Of a stretch of DNA of 64,000 bases, positions 40,159 through 49,094 are shown one piece after another. The notes under the pieces were generated by a model. That model was not told where the DNA came from, did not search any database, and was given only the letters and a program-made list of their open reading frames with translations. The translations under genes and the position numbers were made by a program. Position 1 is the stretch's first letter. Every line of letters begins with the position of its first letter. The DNA is from an uncultured Bacteriovoracaceae bacterium (GTDB lineage Bacteria > Bdellovibrionota > UBA2428): the NCBI GenBank assembly GCA_964609695.1, contig CAZSSP010000003.1, forward strand, positions 112,224-176,223, written 5' to 3'.

Positions 40159-40196
40159 CCCCCGACTCTCACAAAGAGTCGGGGGTTTGTTTTTTC
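40159..40196 (+). terminator. Rho-independent terminator
   Basis: 11-bp GC-rich stem CCCCCGACTCT/AGAGTCGGGGG with 5-nt loop, followed by TTTGTTTTTT. Confidence 0.7.
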
Positions 40197-40293
40197 AGCG
40201 TCGATAAAATGACACTAAGATTTCTAATAAGAGCCTAATTGCTGGCTCAAAGACTTCTCTTCATGCTGATAGAATAGAAATTGAGCGAATTTA

Positions 40294-41262
40294 ATGAAGA
40301 GCTTCCCTGAATTAATAAATCTACAAAAAGTCATTGATAGGGCTCCTTCGTTTGCACGTTTTAAAGTTTTACGTGAAATTGAGTTTGAGGCTTCGACATT
40401 TCCGATAATTTCTATGGAAATGGGTTCTGAAGATAAAAGTGTTCCTTGTTTTGGACTTTTTGGTGGAGTTCATGGTTTAGAGCGCATTGGTTCGCAGTTA
40501 ATTATTAATTATCTTGATGTTCTTTTTGAACAATTGAAATGGGATGAAGATTTAGCAGCGCAATTCTCTAAATGTAGGATTGTATCTATTCCGATTATTA
40601 ATCCGGTGGGAATGTCTAAAGGGTGGCGAAGTAACGTCAATGGTGTTGACCTCATGAGAAATGCACCCGGAGAATTCGATAAAAAGGTTTCCTTTTTAGT
40701 AGGTGGTCATCGAATCGGACGATGGTTGCCTTGGTATCGAGGACCGCAATCATCCCAAATGGAAGTTGAAGCTCAAGTTCTGGTGGATTTTGTAAAGGAG
40801 CAACTTTTTCCATCAAGATTCAGCATGGCATTAGATGTTCATTCTGGCTTCGGACTTAAAGACCAGATTTGGTATCCCTTTGCTCGTTCTGAAGAAGCAT
40901 TCCCACGAATGGATTTGGTCGAGAAGTTTAGAAATTTGCTCGATAAAAGTCATCCGAATCACATTTATGTTTTAGAGGCTCAATCTAAGAATTATACGAC
41001 CAATGGTGATTTGTGGGATTATATATTCGATCAGTTCACCAATAGCTTTGGTCATGGGGATAAAGTTTTTTTACCTTGGACGTTAGAAATCGGTTCTTGG
41101 ATTTGGATTAGAAAAAATCCGCTTCAAATGTTTTCATCAATGGGGCTTTTTAATCCAATTAAAGAACATAGATTCCGAAGAACTATGCGCCGACATCGTC
41201 ACTTAATAGATTTATTTTACTTAGCGACCAAAAATTACCAATCATGGCTAAAACAATATTAA
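40294..41262 (+). CDS. M14-like zinc carboxypeptidase / succinylglutamate desuccinylase-aspartoacylase superfamily protein
   Basis: GGVHGLERIGSQL (GGxHGxE zinc-binding motif), NPVG, GVDLMRNAP motifs. Confidence 0.5.
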   Translation: MKSFPELINLQKVIDRAPSFARFKVLREIEFEASTFPIISMEMGSEDKSVPCFGLFGGVHGLERIGSQLIINYLDVLFEQLKWDEDLAAQFSKCRIVSIPIINPVGMSKGWRSNVNGVDLMRNAPGEFDKKVSFLVGGHRIGRWLPWYRGPQSSQMEVEAQVLVDFVKEQLFPSRFSMALDVHSGFGLKDQIWYPFARSEEAFPRMDLVEKFRNLLDKSHPNHIYVLEAQSKNYTTNGDLWDYIFDQFTNSFGHGDKVFLPWTLEIGSWIWIRKNPLQMFSSMGLFNPIKEHRFRRTMRRHRHLIDLFYLATKNYQSWLKQY

Positions 41263-42032
41263 AAAAACCTAAAATAAAGGCCTTATTGCTTCGTGGACTT
41301 GTGCGTGAGCAAAAACATTGGGGAGATTTTGTTAAATACTGGCGAGAAGTTTTGCCTGAGCATGAGGTGCATTTACTGGATTTGCCTGGAATTGGAACTG
41401 AAAGACGTAGAGCATCACCTTTTACGATTGAAGCCATTACTGATGATATTCGTAATCGATGGCTTAAGTTAAAGAAAGACGACGATGACTGTTGGATTCT
41501 CTTTACTTTGTCTTTGGGGTCAATGGTAGCTTTAGATTGGGCTTCTCGATATCCAGAAGATTTTAAGCAAATCACAATTATGAACACAAGCGCTGCCAAT
41601 ACATCTCCAGTTTGGAAGCGCTTAAAGTTAAGGAATCTTCCGAATATAATTAAAGTAGCTCTAGAAAAGAATGCTTTTAAAAAGGAAATGCAAATTCTGA
41701 AGTTAACAACAAATTTGCTGGAGAATCCTGAAGCCTTGGCCCAAACGTGGTCCAAACATGTTCTACCCAAGAATAGAATGAGGGCATTGGCTTTGGCTCA
41801 ATTGTTAGCAGCGCTTAGATTTAGAGCCCCTCGCTTTTTAGTTCCTAAACTAACAGTTTTTGTTGGATTGAAAGATCGATTTGTAGACCCCTCATGCACT
41901 GAAGTATTAGCCCAACGATACGGCGTTATTGCTCATCGTCACCCCGATGCAGGTCACGACATGTGTTTGGACACGCCTCTTTGGGTTTTAAAAGTTCTTC
42001 AAGAAGAGTTGGATCAAATTTCTCTGGCCTAA
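41244..42032 (+). CDS. Alpha/beta-fold hydrolase
   Basis: HLLDLPGIG...LFTLSLGSMVALDWA (GxSxG nucleophile elbow), C-terminal HPDAGHDM. Confidence 0.65.
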   Translation: MAKTILKKPKIKALLLRGLVREQKHWGDFVKYWREVLPEHEVHLLDLPGIGTERRRASPFTIEAITDDIRNRWLKLKKDDDDCWILFTLSLGSMVALDWASRYPEDFKQITIMNTSAANTSPVWKRLKLRNLPNIIKVALEKNAFKKEMQILKLTTNLLENPEALAQTWSKHVLPKNRMRALALAQLLAALRFRAPRFLVPKLTVFVGLKDRFVDPSCTEVLAQRYGVIAHRHPDAGHDMCLDTPLWVLKVLQEELDQISLA

Positions 42033-42035
42033 CTA

Positions 42036-42995
42036 TTAGCCTTTGCCTTTTTCTTTCATAAGCTTTTTAGCGGCAATTTTGGGGGCTATAGCCATGGCGA
42101 TAATGAAAATGCTTTTAAGATCATTTTCACTTGGAATAGTGCTTTTGCTTCCTAGTCTTACGTTGAGGGTGCCAACCGTTCTGTTTCTGTGTCTGATGGG
42201 AAGGACGGCTAGGCCAGAAATTTCAATGTCTTTGACTTTTCCTTTGATTTCTTGAGTGAGAGGGTTCGAATTCACGTCGCGGATAAAAATAATATTACTT
42301 TTCAGTAAAACTTCGCGAACTTCAGGATAGCGATCGAGATCAACCTCTTTATTTTTAAAACTTTCACTATCAGAGCTACAGATGACTGTGGCTGCGCTGT
42401 CTTCAAGGCTCGCCATCATAATATTCACGCGAGTGGCAGACGAGTAGTCGGAAATTCTTCTTAGACATTCAAAAAGTGCTTTTTGCGTATCTTCAAATTC
42501 GGCTAGAATTCTTTGGCATTCGTAAATTAAGCTAAAGCATCCCTTGAGCTCGTTTTCGTCGACTTCGAGATTATCGATATCGAAGACATCTTTGTCTTGG
42601 AATTGAAAACGGAGTCGCTCGAGAACTAATTTTGTATCAAAGGGCTCAATAATAAAGTCTGTAGCCCCAGCGCTTATGCATTTTTTAATATTTTCTTCGG
42701 AGTAATGAGAGGTCACGACAATAATTTTGGTGTCGTTTCCCTTTTTTAAATTGGTAATTTCTCGGATTAACGAAATGTTGCTAGAGCTAGACATGAAAAG
42801 ATTTATGATGATGAGTGAAGGTTGAAAATTTAATACAGTGTTAATGGCATTTTGTTTGTCGTTAACGGCTTGAACAACCCAGTCTTCTTTTTCAAGTTCC
42901 TTTATGAGATCTTGATATTTGTGCATTGAATTGTCGAAGATGACGACTCTTTTTACAGTTCGGGATAATTTTCTCGTCGTTGCCAAGTTTTGCAT
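42036..42995 (-). CDS. Receiver(REC)-GAF two-domain protein with degenerate receiver
   Basis: CheY-like fold (VVIFDNS...LIIINLFM...IIVVTSH...) followed by a GAF-like C-terminal domain (...LAVLPIRHRNRTVGTLNV). Phospho-acceptor position reads Asn and the conserved Lys position reads Glu. Confidence 0.55.
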   Translation of the reverse strand: MQNLATTRKLSRTVKRVVIFDNSMHKYQDLIKELEKEDWVVQAVNDKQNAINTVLNFQPSLIIINLFMSSSSNISLIREITNLKKGNDTKIIVVTSHYSEENIKKCISAGATDFIIEPFDTKLVLERLRFQFQDKDVFDIDNLEVDENELKGCFSLIYECQRILAEFEDTQKALFECLRRISDYSSATRVNIMMASLEDSAATVICSSDSESFKNKEVDLDRYPEVREVLLKSNIIFIRDVNSNPLTQEIKGKVKDIEISGLAVLPIRHRNRTVGTLNVRLGSKSTIPSENDLKSIFIIAMAIAPKIAAKKLMKEKGKG

Positions 42996-43013
42996 ATAAT
43001 CTATTGTCGCCTT

Positions 43014-43469
43014 ATGAAAACAAACTTTATTTTGCTTTGGTCAGAAAAAACTAAAAAGGAGCACAGGAATCCTTTTAAGCAAAGTTCTTACCAAGACTTA
43101 TTCTCAGATTATATCTTGCGAGCTGGAAAGTTTAGTCCTGCGACTGTCAAAGTGATGGCTCGAGAAGAGTTTAAATCTCTAAAAGGAACTTTGTGGCTCT
43201 GTGATACTTCTCCGAGTGCCAAGATGTTGACTTCGGAAGCCTTAGCAAAAAAAATTGAGAATGCACAGGTCCATGGAGTGTCCATATTAAATATTGCCAT
43301 TGGCCCTCATGACGGATTCAGCGATGAGGATAGAAAGCGCGCCGATTGGCTTTGGTCTTTTGGGGCCCTTACGCTTCCCCATGAACTGGCAGCAGTTATT
43401 GCCGCCGAACAAATATATAGAGCCTGGACAATAATCAAACGTCATCCCTATCACCTGGGTCATAAGTAG
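43014..43469 (+). CDS. rlmH: 23S rRNA (pseudouridine1915-N3)-methyltransferase RlmH
   Basis: SPOUT YbeA family: ILNIAIGPHDGFSDED, SFGALTLPHELAAVIAAEQIYRAWTIIKRHPYH. Confidence 0.75.
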   Translation: MKTNFILLWSEKTKKEHRNPFKQSSYQDLFSDYILRAGKFSPATVKVMAREEFKSLKGTLWLCDTSPSAKMLTSEALAKKIENAQVHGVSILNIAIGPHDGFSDEDRKRADWLWSFGALTLPHELAAVIAAEQIYRAWTIIKRHPYHLGHK

Positions 43470-43592
43470 CTGTTCTCCTTTTTTGACGTGGAGAGTCTTC
43501 TTTAATTTTCTTACATCAATCAATGCTTCTTGAAGCCAATTCTCCACTCCATTAATTCCAAGACCTTCTAGAGTGTGAGAAAGGGATTTAAA

Positions 43593-44429
43593 ATGCAGAA
43601 GAAGTTTTTAACAGTTTTTAGTGTTTTCATATTTGGTTTTGTTGCTTTTGCCAGAGCAGAGGCACCAGTGAAGGATGTGGAAGATGGTTTGAACGATCCC
43701 TATCCTACAGATCCAAATTTTGATGATTATGATTTTGATGCTGAAGATTCTAGCGATCTACCAAAGTTTAATACTAAATATTTTCAAGAGAAAATTGCCC
43801 GAGAATTCGAGTCTGCTGATAAGGCTTTTCCCGTTCTTTTTGAGTTTTTAAAGAAAAAAACTAAGGAGCTTCCTGAAATTTCTACTCAGGCAGTAGATGC
43901 CAGTAATTTAGATATTGAAGTTTTTAAGCGGCCTAAAGATTTTCCAGAATTTTTAGTATTGCGATCAGGAGGCCAGGCTTTAATGGTTGCAGTCGTTTCA
44001 ACGGCTAGAGGTGGAAAGGCCACTCCGTCTGGACGTTTCAGAGGGTTTCATTATCGTAATAAAACTCATCGATCTTCTAAATATCATCAATCGCCTATGC
44101 CTTATGCGCAGTTTTTTAATGGAAACATAGCTTTCCACGGAATTGATGAAAAATATTATCCAAATTTGGGCGGACCTGCTTCAGCGGGTTGTGTGCGTAT
44201 TCAAGTGGCGGATGCAAAAAAACTTTGGGATTTTGTAAATCGTTATGGACGTGATGCTTTCGAAACACAAGTTCATCCTTCTGGAACAGATACTTTTAAG
44301 AATGCTGATGATTATGAAGTTCTAGTTCGAGCGGTGAACAAAAGTCTTCAAGAGCGAGATGCGGCTTATGCAGTTTTTGCTAAAAGTGGAATTCGAAGCC
44401 CAGAATGGCCTTCGGGATATTTCAAATAA
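43593..44429 (+). CDS. L,D-transpeptidase (YkuD domain) with signal peptide
   Basis: Signal peptide MQKKFLTVFSVFIFGFVAFARA. Catalytic motif HG...GGPASAGCVRI (H...SxGCxR). Confidence 0.65.
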   Translation: MQKKFLTVFSVFIFGFVAFARAEAPVKDVEDGLNDPYPTDPNFDDYDFDAEDSSDLPKFNTKYFQEKIAREFESADKAFPVLFEFLKKKTKELPEISTQAVDASNLDIEVFKRPKDFPEFLVLRSGGQALMVAVVSTARGGKATPSGRFRGFHYRNKTHRSSKYHQSPMPYAQFFNGNIAFHGIDEKYYPNLGGPASAGCVRIQVADAKKLWDFVNRYGRDAFETQVHPSGTDTFKNADDYEVLVRAVNKSLQERDAAYAVFAKSGIRSPEWPSGYFK

Positions 44430-44454
44430 TTTAAACTCTATTGAATTTTAAATT

Positions 44455-44496
44455 AAAAAAGCCTTCCCCCCGTTAAAGGGAGAAGGCTTTTTTGTT
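44455..44496. terminator. Bidirectional rho-independent terminator between convergent genes
   Basis: AAAAAAGCCTTCCCCCCGTTAAAGGGAGAAGGCTTTTTTG: GC stem flanked by an A-tract and a T-tract. Confidence 0.65.
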
Positions 44497-44514
44497 TCAA
44501 TAATTTTAAAGCGA

Positions 44515-45051
44515 TTATTTTGAAAAAGCTAAGCTGTTAGCATCAGGAATGGGCGAACCTTTTTTGGCTAAACGATAAGAGATGATAGGGTTCTTCTCAC
44601 CTTTAACTGCACATTGATAAGCGCGGTTATAAACACTGATATCTTTAGCAACAGTGGTGCAGTTTAAAAGAGTGCTTTGAAATCCTGAGGCACTGACAAG
44701 TTCAACAGTAAAATCTAATCCATCGTTTTTTACCCAAGCATCATTAATGTCGAGTTTTACATCGAGAGGTAGATTGTCTCCTTTATGGAGAGCCCAGCTA
44801 CTGTTTTTTCCAAGTTCCATTTCGTATTTTTTATTAAAGGTCACTCGAATGAATACTTTCTCTTGAGAATTCAGACGGCTTGAAGGATCTAATCCAAGGT
44901 TTTGGATATGAAGCTCATAAGTGTTTTCAGCTCCAGAGGGGCGACGGTTAGCACTTTGATCGAGAACATGTGTTGTCGTTAAAGTGAGGCTAATGCCCAA
45001 TAAGAGTGTTGATACAAAAAAGGTGTCTATGTGAGTTAATAATTTTTTCAT
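44515..45051 (-). CDS. Hypothetical secreted protein
   Basis: Signal-peptide-like start MKKLLTHIDTFFVSTLLLGISL. Last gene of a 4-gene minus-strand cluster. Confidence 0.35.
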   Translation of the reverse strand: MKKLLTHIDTFFVSTLLLGISLTLTTTHVLDQSANRRPSGAENTYELHIQNLGLDPSSRLNSQEKVFIRVTFNKKYEMELGKNSSWALHKGDNLPLDVKLDINDAWVKNDGLDFTVELVSASGFQSTLLNCTTVAKDISVYNRAYQCAVKGEKNPIISYRLAKKGSPIPDANSLAFSK

Positions 45052-45154
45052 ACATAGAATAGATTGCAAAAGCCAAGCCAACCAGAATTCAGTAGTTTAT
45101 AGAGAGACTTATCTCTAAACGGGCGCATTTCGCCAACGACTGTCTAAACTTTAA

Positions 45155-46528
45155 TCACTTTAGGGGAGCATCAAATAAAGTTTGGGGCTCAGAAATTTCA
45201 TGAGGCTTTATAGCAGGTGGGCGCTTTTGTGCGGCTCTTTTTTCTGCGCTCTCGAAGATTTGACTGATTTGGTTTTCAATAACAGCTCTTTTAATCCCGC
45301 TACTATCGCTACGCCACATTTCAAGTAACGACCTCAATGTTTGCTTATCTTCATTGGATAAAATGGCATTTTTTTCTTTGATGACTTTTTCAATATCGAC
45401 AGGCTTAAAGCTTGTTTGAGTAATTGTTAACATTGGGTCGGGAAATGGGGGATTGAGTTTGGCGTAAGTCCAACTGCCACCGACCATTAGAGCTGCGGCT
45501 AGGGCCGTTACTATGGGGCGCCACACTCTGTGGTTTTGGGCGATTTGAGCGTGCGCTAATATTCTAGGCGCAATGACTTGTTTTCGATATCCAGCTTCAA
45601 CTTCAAAAAGATTTTTTTCATGGGCTTGGGCATCTAATAAAAGGCGTTCGAAGGAATCATAGTCAGCCTGATTCCATACGTGTTTTAAATAAAATTTATA
45701 GTTAGATTTAAAGAGCAGCATCAAAATTCGATGAGTGTAGGACTTGGGGGGATTTTCAGAGAGAGTGTCTTTAGCGGCTTCCCATTCTATGGGGTATTGA
45801 GGGAAATAGTTCTTCAAACCCCTCACTACAGAGTAGAAATGAAGTTCTCCTTGAGTGTAAGCATCGGCCACTCTGGCGGCGTAGGTGCGAGTGTTTTTAG
45901 AAAGGGGAAGTCTAAAAAATTCGCCTTTGCGGGCGACACTGAGAGTGTAAAAATCTGCAATCGATCTAGAAAAACTTCGAATATCGCGAAGTATTTGACC
46001 AAGGCTTTGTGTGCCTTCTCGAGGCCATTTCACTATGAGTTGTCGTTTGGAGTAGCTTAAACGAGTTTCAACCTGGCTGATGTCTTCAGTTTTGAAAACA
46101 ACGCTGAGACCAATTTGTGGATAGCGACTTAAATGTCGAGAGAGACTCCACTCATAATTTGGGTTGAGTGCATCGGCCATAGCCAAAAGGCTCTCGACTC
46201 CAGTCGGATGATTGTTTTTGAGTTCACTAAGAACATCTGCTTCGTTAAGCGACGTTCTTTCGCGGAAAAAGATATTCCATTTATGAAAGGAACTTTCGTA
46301 ATTTTCTTGATTATAGTTTTTTAAATGTGGGGTGAGCGTGGAAAGTTCGGACTCACAAGTAGGATTAGCTGAAGCTTGGGCTCCAAACTGAGGCGTAAGA
46401 ATGAGTAGGCTTAAACCTAGGGCTATAATCTTCACGGTGCCGCGTAGCATTATACGGAATTTAAATTTAGGCAAGTCTTCTTTTAAAAAAAGCTCTTGAG
46501 AATGAAATATTTTCAATAAAATCATCAA
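45155..46528 (-). CDS. Hypothetical exported protein with C-terminal TM anchor
   Basis: Signal-like IIALGLSLLILTPQFGAQA. C-proximal TM WRPIVTALAAALMVGGSW. Confidence 0.35.
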   Translation of the reverse strand: MMILLKIFHSQELFLKEDLPKFKFRIMLRGTVKIIALGLSLLILTPQFGAQASANPTCESELSTLTPHLKNYNQENYESSFHKWNIFFRERTSLNEADVLSELKNNHPTGVESLLAMADALNPNYEWSLSRHLSRYPQIGLSVVFKTEDISQVETRLSYSKRQLIVKWPREGTQSLGQILRDIRSFSRSIADFYTLSVARKGEFFRLPLSKNTRTYAARVADAYTQGELHFYSVVRGLKNYFPQYPIEWEAAKDTLSENPPKSYTHRILMLLFKSNYKFYLKHVWNQADYDSFERLLLDAQAHEKNLFEVEAGYRKQVIAPRILAHAQIAQNHRVWRPIVTALAAALMVGGSWTYAKLNPPFPDPMLTITQTSFKPVDIEKVIKEKNAILSNEDKQTLRSLLEMWRSDSSGIKRAVIENQISQIFESAEKRAAQKRPPAIKPHEISEPQTLFDAPLK

Positions 46529-46554
46529 AATTTTAGGGTCTATACCCTATAAAA

Positions 46555-46821
46555 TTAGTCGATGGCCTTTTGAATTTCTTTAAGTGCATTGAGGTGGCGT
46601 TGGTCGATGGGTTCCAAAGGATGTTGGGCGTTTTCAATATCTTGCTGTTTTGAGTTGGCAATGTCGCGAGCGACTTGGTCGTGTGTTTCTTTTTGAGTGA
46701 AATGAAGTGCAATCGCTAGAGTGCTCACACAAAGTAACCAGCCCAATTTATGCATCACAAAATCCCCCCAAATTGGCCTATCATTAGGCCAATGATTTTT
46801 AATTTCCGGTATAAGCAACAT
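46555..46821 (-). CDS. Small hypothetical membrane protein
   Basis: 88-aa ORF with one hydrophobic segment (LGWLLCVSTLAIALH). Overlaps the upstream gene end. Confidence 0.25.
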   Translation of the reverse strand: MLLIPEIKNHWPNDRPIWGDFVMHKLGWLLCVSTLAIALHFTQKETHDQVARDIANSKQQDIENAQHPLEPIDQRHLNALKEIQKAID

Positions 46822-47986
46822 TCACAACAGCTCCGTTGCTAGGAACTGCAGATCCGTGGAAGACCAATCTGTTTTCGCTTGAAAGGTAAGTCCAGCCATT
46901 AGTGGCGTCTTGCGGATATTGTACGCTGTTAACTGTCACGACTAGATTGCTTAAATTTGGTGTTACAGAAAGTGTGAACTTAGGAAGATAAGTGATTCTT
47001 ACGCTTTGGCTAAGTCCAGGAATGTTTCCTGCTGTAAAAACGACTGTGCTACCTGATAAATTCCACTGTGTTCCTTTAGTTTTTTCGGCTCCGTTAACAT
47101 AAACATGCACAGTATCAGGATCAAAGTTAGCAATTTGAAGTTCGAATTTGTCTGTAGGTTTGCTCACGTCTTGCGCGAGATCATCAAGGAGTGCAGAAAA
47201 GTTCGAAGTTTTTACGCAGGCAGTGACTGATGTAGAGCTATTTTGTTGGTATTGGGCATCCAGTAATCTTGTAGTGTCCATGAAGCGTGTTCCAACTTTT
47301 TCGTCGATGTATGTTGGATCTGCTGTGCAACCACTGTTTCCAGTGATCACGATAGAACGAGAGCTGACGAAAGCAGAGCTTGGTTTGAAGGCTTTGAGGC
47401 TTGAAGCATAATTGCTCGCGCTTCGACTTCCGCCTAAGCGACTTTGAGAGAGATCATCGGTATCGGATACGAAAACGTAAACTAATTGCGAACCAGGTCT
47501 TACGAAACTAGATCCTCGCGCTTGCATTGTTTTTAATGTGGCTTCAAGGCCAAGGGTGGTGTTTTTAGCTAGCGGAGAACCTAAACTATAAAGTTGGTCG
47601 ATGAAACTATTTTGAAGAGACGCAGCTTGAGAGGATTCAATAGTGATTCCTCCAATAAAGCTTTGGCTAATAGTGCTGTATTGAGCGGCATCAACGTTTC
47701 CGTTGATAAATCCAATTCGGTATTTGATGTTTTCGCTCACAAGGCTTTGAGCAAAGTCTGAGAGACTGTCGATAAGAAGTTCTCTTTTGTTTTTCATAGA
47801 GTAACTTCCGTCTACAGTGAAGATGTAATCGGCTTGTAGAATTTGATTGGCTTGTTGGTAGAGATCTTCAGAGTCGATAGTGAAAGAGTCTACAGCTCCT
47901 GGAATAAAGGTTTGTGGTCCTTTACTGCACGAAGCAACTGCAAAAATCAGCGGCAATAGTAGGCATGCATAGCGTTTCATAAACAA
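46799..47986 (-). CDS. Lipoprotein with probable von Willebrand factor A (VWA)-like domain
   Basis: Lipobox LIFAVASC. DYIFTVDGSYSMKNKRELLIDSL resembles the VWA MIDAS motif DxSxS. Confidence 0.4.
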   Translation of the reverse strand: MFMKRYACLLLPLIFAVASCSKGPQTFIPGAVDSFTIDSEDLYQQANQILQADYIFTVDGSYSMKNKRELLIDSLSDFAQSLVSENIKYRIGFINGNVDAAQYSTISQSFIGGITIESSQAASLQNSFIDQLYSLGSPLAKNTTLGLEATLKTMQARGSSFVRPGSQLVYVFVSDTDDLSQSRLGGSRSASNYASSLKAFKPSSAFVSSRSIVITGNSGCTADPTYIDEKVGTRFMDTTRLLDAQYQQNSSTSVTACVKTSNFSALLDDLAQDVSKPTDKFELQIANFDPDTVHVYVNGAEKTKGTQWNLSGSTVVFTAGNIPGLSQSVRITYLPKFTLSVTPNLSNLVVTVNSVQYPQDATNGWTYLSSENRLVFHGSAVPSNGAVVNVAYTGN

Positions 47987-48022
47987 CTCCTACTGGGTGG
48001 GATGCAAGGTCGGTGCCAGTGT

Positions 48023-48940
48023 CTAGTTTGTGCTTATAAGTTGGGTTGCAAATGCAATATCTTTTTGAATTTGTTCGCGAAGTTCCAAGAGCGATGAAAA
48101 TTTCATTTCGCTACGAATCCTGTCGATAAATTCGACAGCTATTCTTTTTTCATACAATGTTCCTGAGTAGTTAAGTAAGTGTGTTTCAATGCAAAGAGGG
48201 TGGCCTTCGCCCAGCGTGGGTTTCACCCCAATGTTTGTGACGGAGTGATAAACTTCGTTTGTTTCTAAAAGAGTCGTTTTTGTGAAATAAACTCCTTTGT
48301 TCGGTAAGCACATTTGATAAGCTTGATTGGGGCCTGGAGGAATAAGATTAGCTGTAGGGAAGCCTAAGAGGTGTCCTTGCCTATGTCCGTGGCTCACGGT
48401 TTCTTCAAAAGAGTAATTTCGCCCCAATAATTCTGCTGCAGCTTTGACATTGCCTTCAAAAAGACAATTTCGAATGCGGCTGCTTGAAATATTGCTTTCA
48501 CCCATTTCGAGAGCGGGCACTAAGTCGAGTTGAATGCTTCGTTTTTCGCACCAGCTTTTTAAAAATTCCGAATCGCCTTCGCGATTGCGCCCAAAGAAAA
48601 AATTGGACCCTACGCTTAAATAAGATACGGGAAATTTCTGTTGTCGAATGAGAAAATTTAAAAAATCATCAGCAGATTTTTGTGAAAATTCTTTGTCGAA
48701 TTTAATAACCTGAACTTCGTCGATACCGAATTGTTTTAGGAGTTTTATTTTTTGTTCGGGTGAATTGAGTCGAAGCACTTTTTGACCACTGAGCACTTCT
48801 CTAGGGTGGGGCTCAAAAGTCATGGCAGCGCAATTTACAGGAACTTTTTGTTCTGCTTTCCATGCCTTCATGCTTGCGAGCAGTTTTTGGTGCCCTAAGT
48901 GAAGTCCGTCAAAATTTCCTAAAGTCATTGCTGTGAGCAT
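48023..48940 (-). CDS. ribF: Bifunctional riboflavin kinase / FMN adenylyltransferase
   Basis: MTLGNFDGLHLGHQKLL FAD-synthetase nucleotidyltransferase motif. C-terminal riboflavin kinase domain (…GFPTANL…). Confidence 0.85.
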   Translation of the reverse strand: MLTAMTLGNFDGLHLGHQKLLASMKAWKAEQKVPVNCAAMTFEPHPREVLSGQKVLRLNSPEQKIKLLKQFGIDEVQVIKFDKEFSQKSADDFLNFLIRQQKFPVSYLSVGSNFFFGRNREGDSEFLKSWCEKRSIQLDLVPALEMGESNISSSRIRNCLFEGNVKAAAELLGRNYSFEETVSHGHRQGHLLGFPTANLIPPGPNQAYQMCLPNKGVYFTKTTLLETNEVYHSVTNIGVKPTLGEGHPLCIETHLLNYSGTLYEKRIAVEFIDRIRSEMKFSSLLELREQIQKDIAFATQLISTN

Positions 48941-49011
48941 AAGTTTTTGAAAACCTTATTAAAATGACACAAATGCTCGATTTTGAAAAGATTTTTCTAA
49001 AAAAGCTCAGG

Positions 49012-49027
49012 TGGCACGAAGAATGCG
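49012..49027 (+). promoter_or_regulatory. Sigma-54 (-24/-12) promoter candidate
   Basis: TGGCACgaagaaTGCg with GG-N10-GC spacing, 67 nt upstream of the 1025-aa secreted protein start codon. Confidence 0.35.
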
Positions 49028-49094
49028 ACGATAGGTATAAGGGGAGTGGGGGCATTTTCGGCGCATAGGCGCAAAGTCCCTGAAATTACTGAAT

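Noticed and set aside
43287-43547. 86-aa minus-strand ORF overlapping the rlmH 3' half
   Set aside because: rlmH is supported by strong SPOUT motifs. The antisense ORF has no features.
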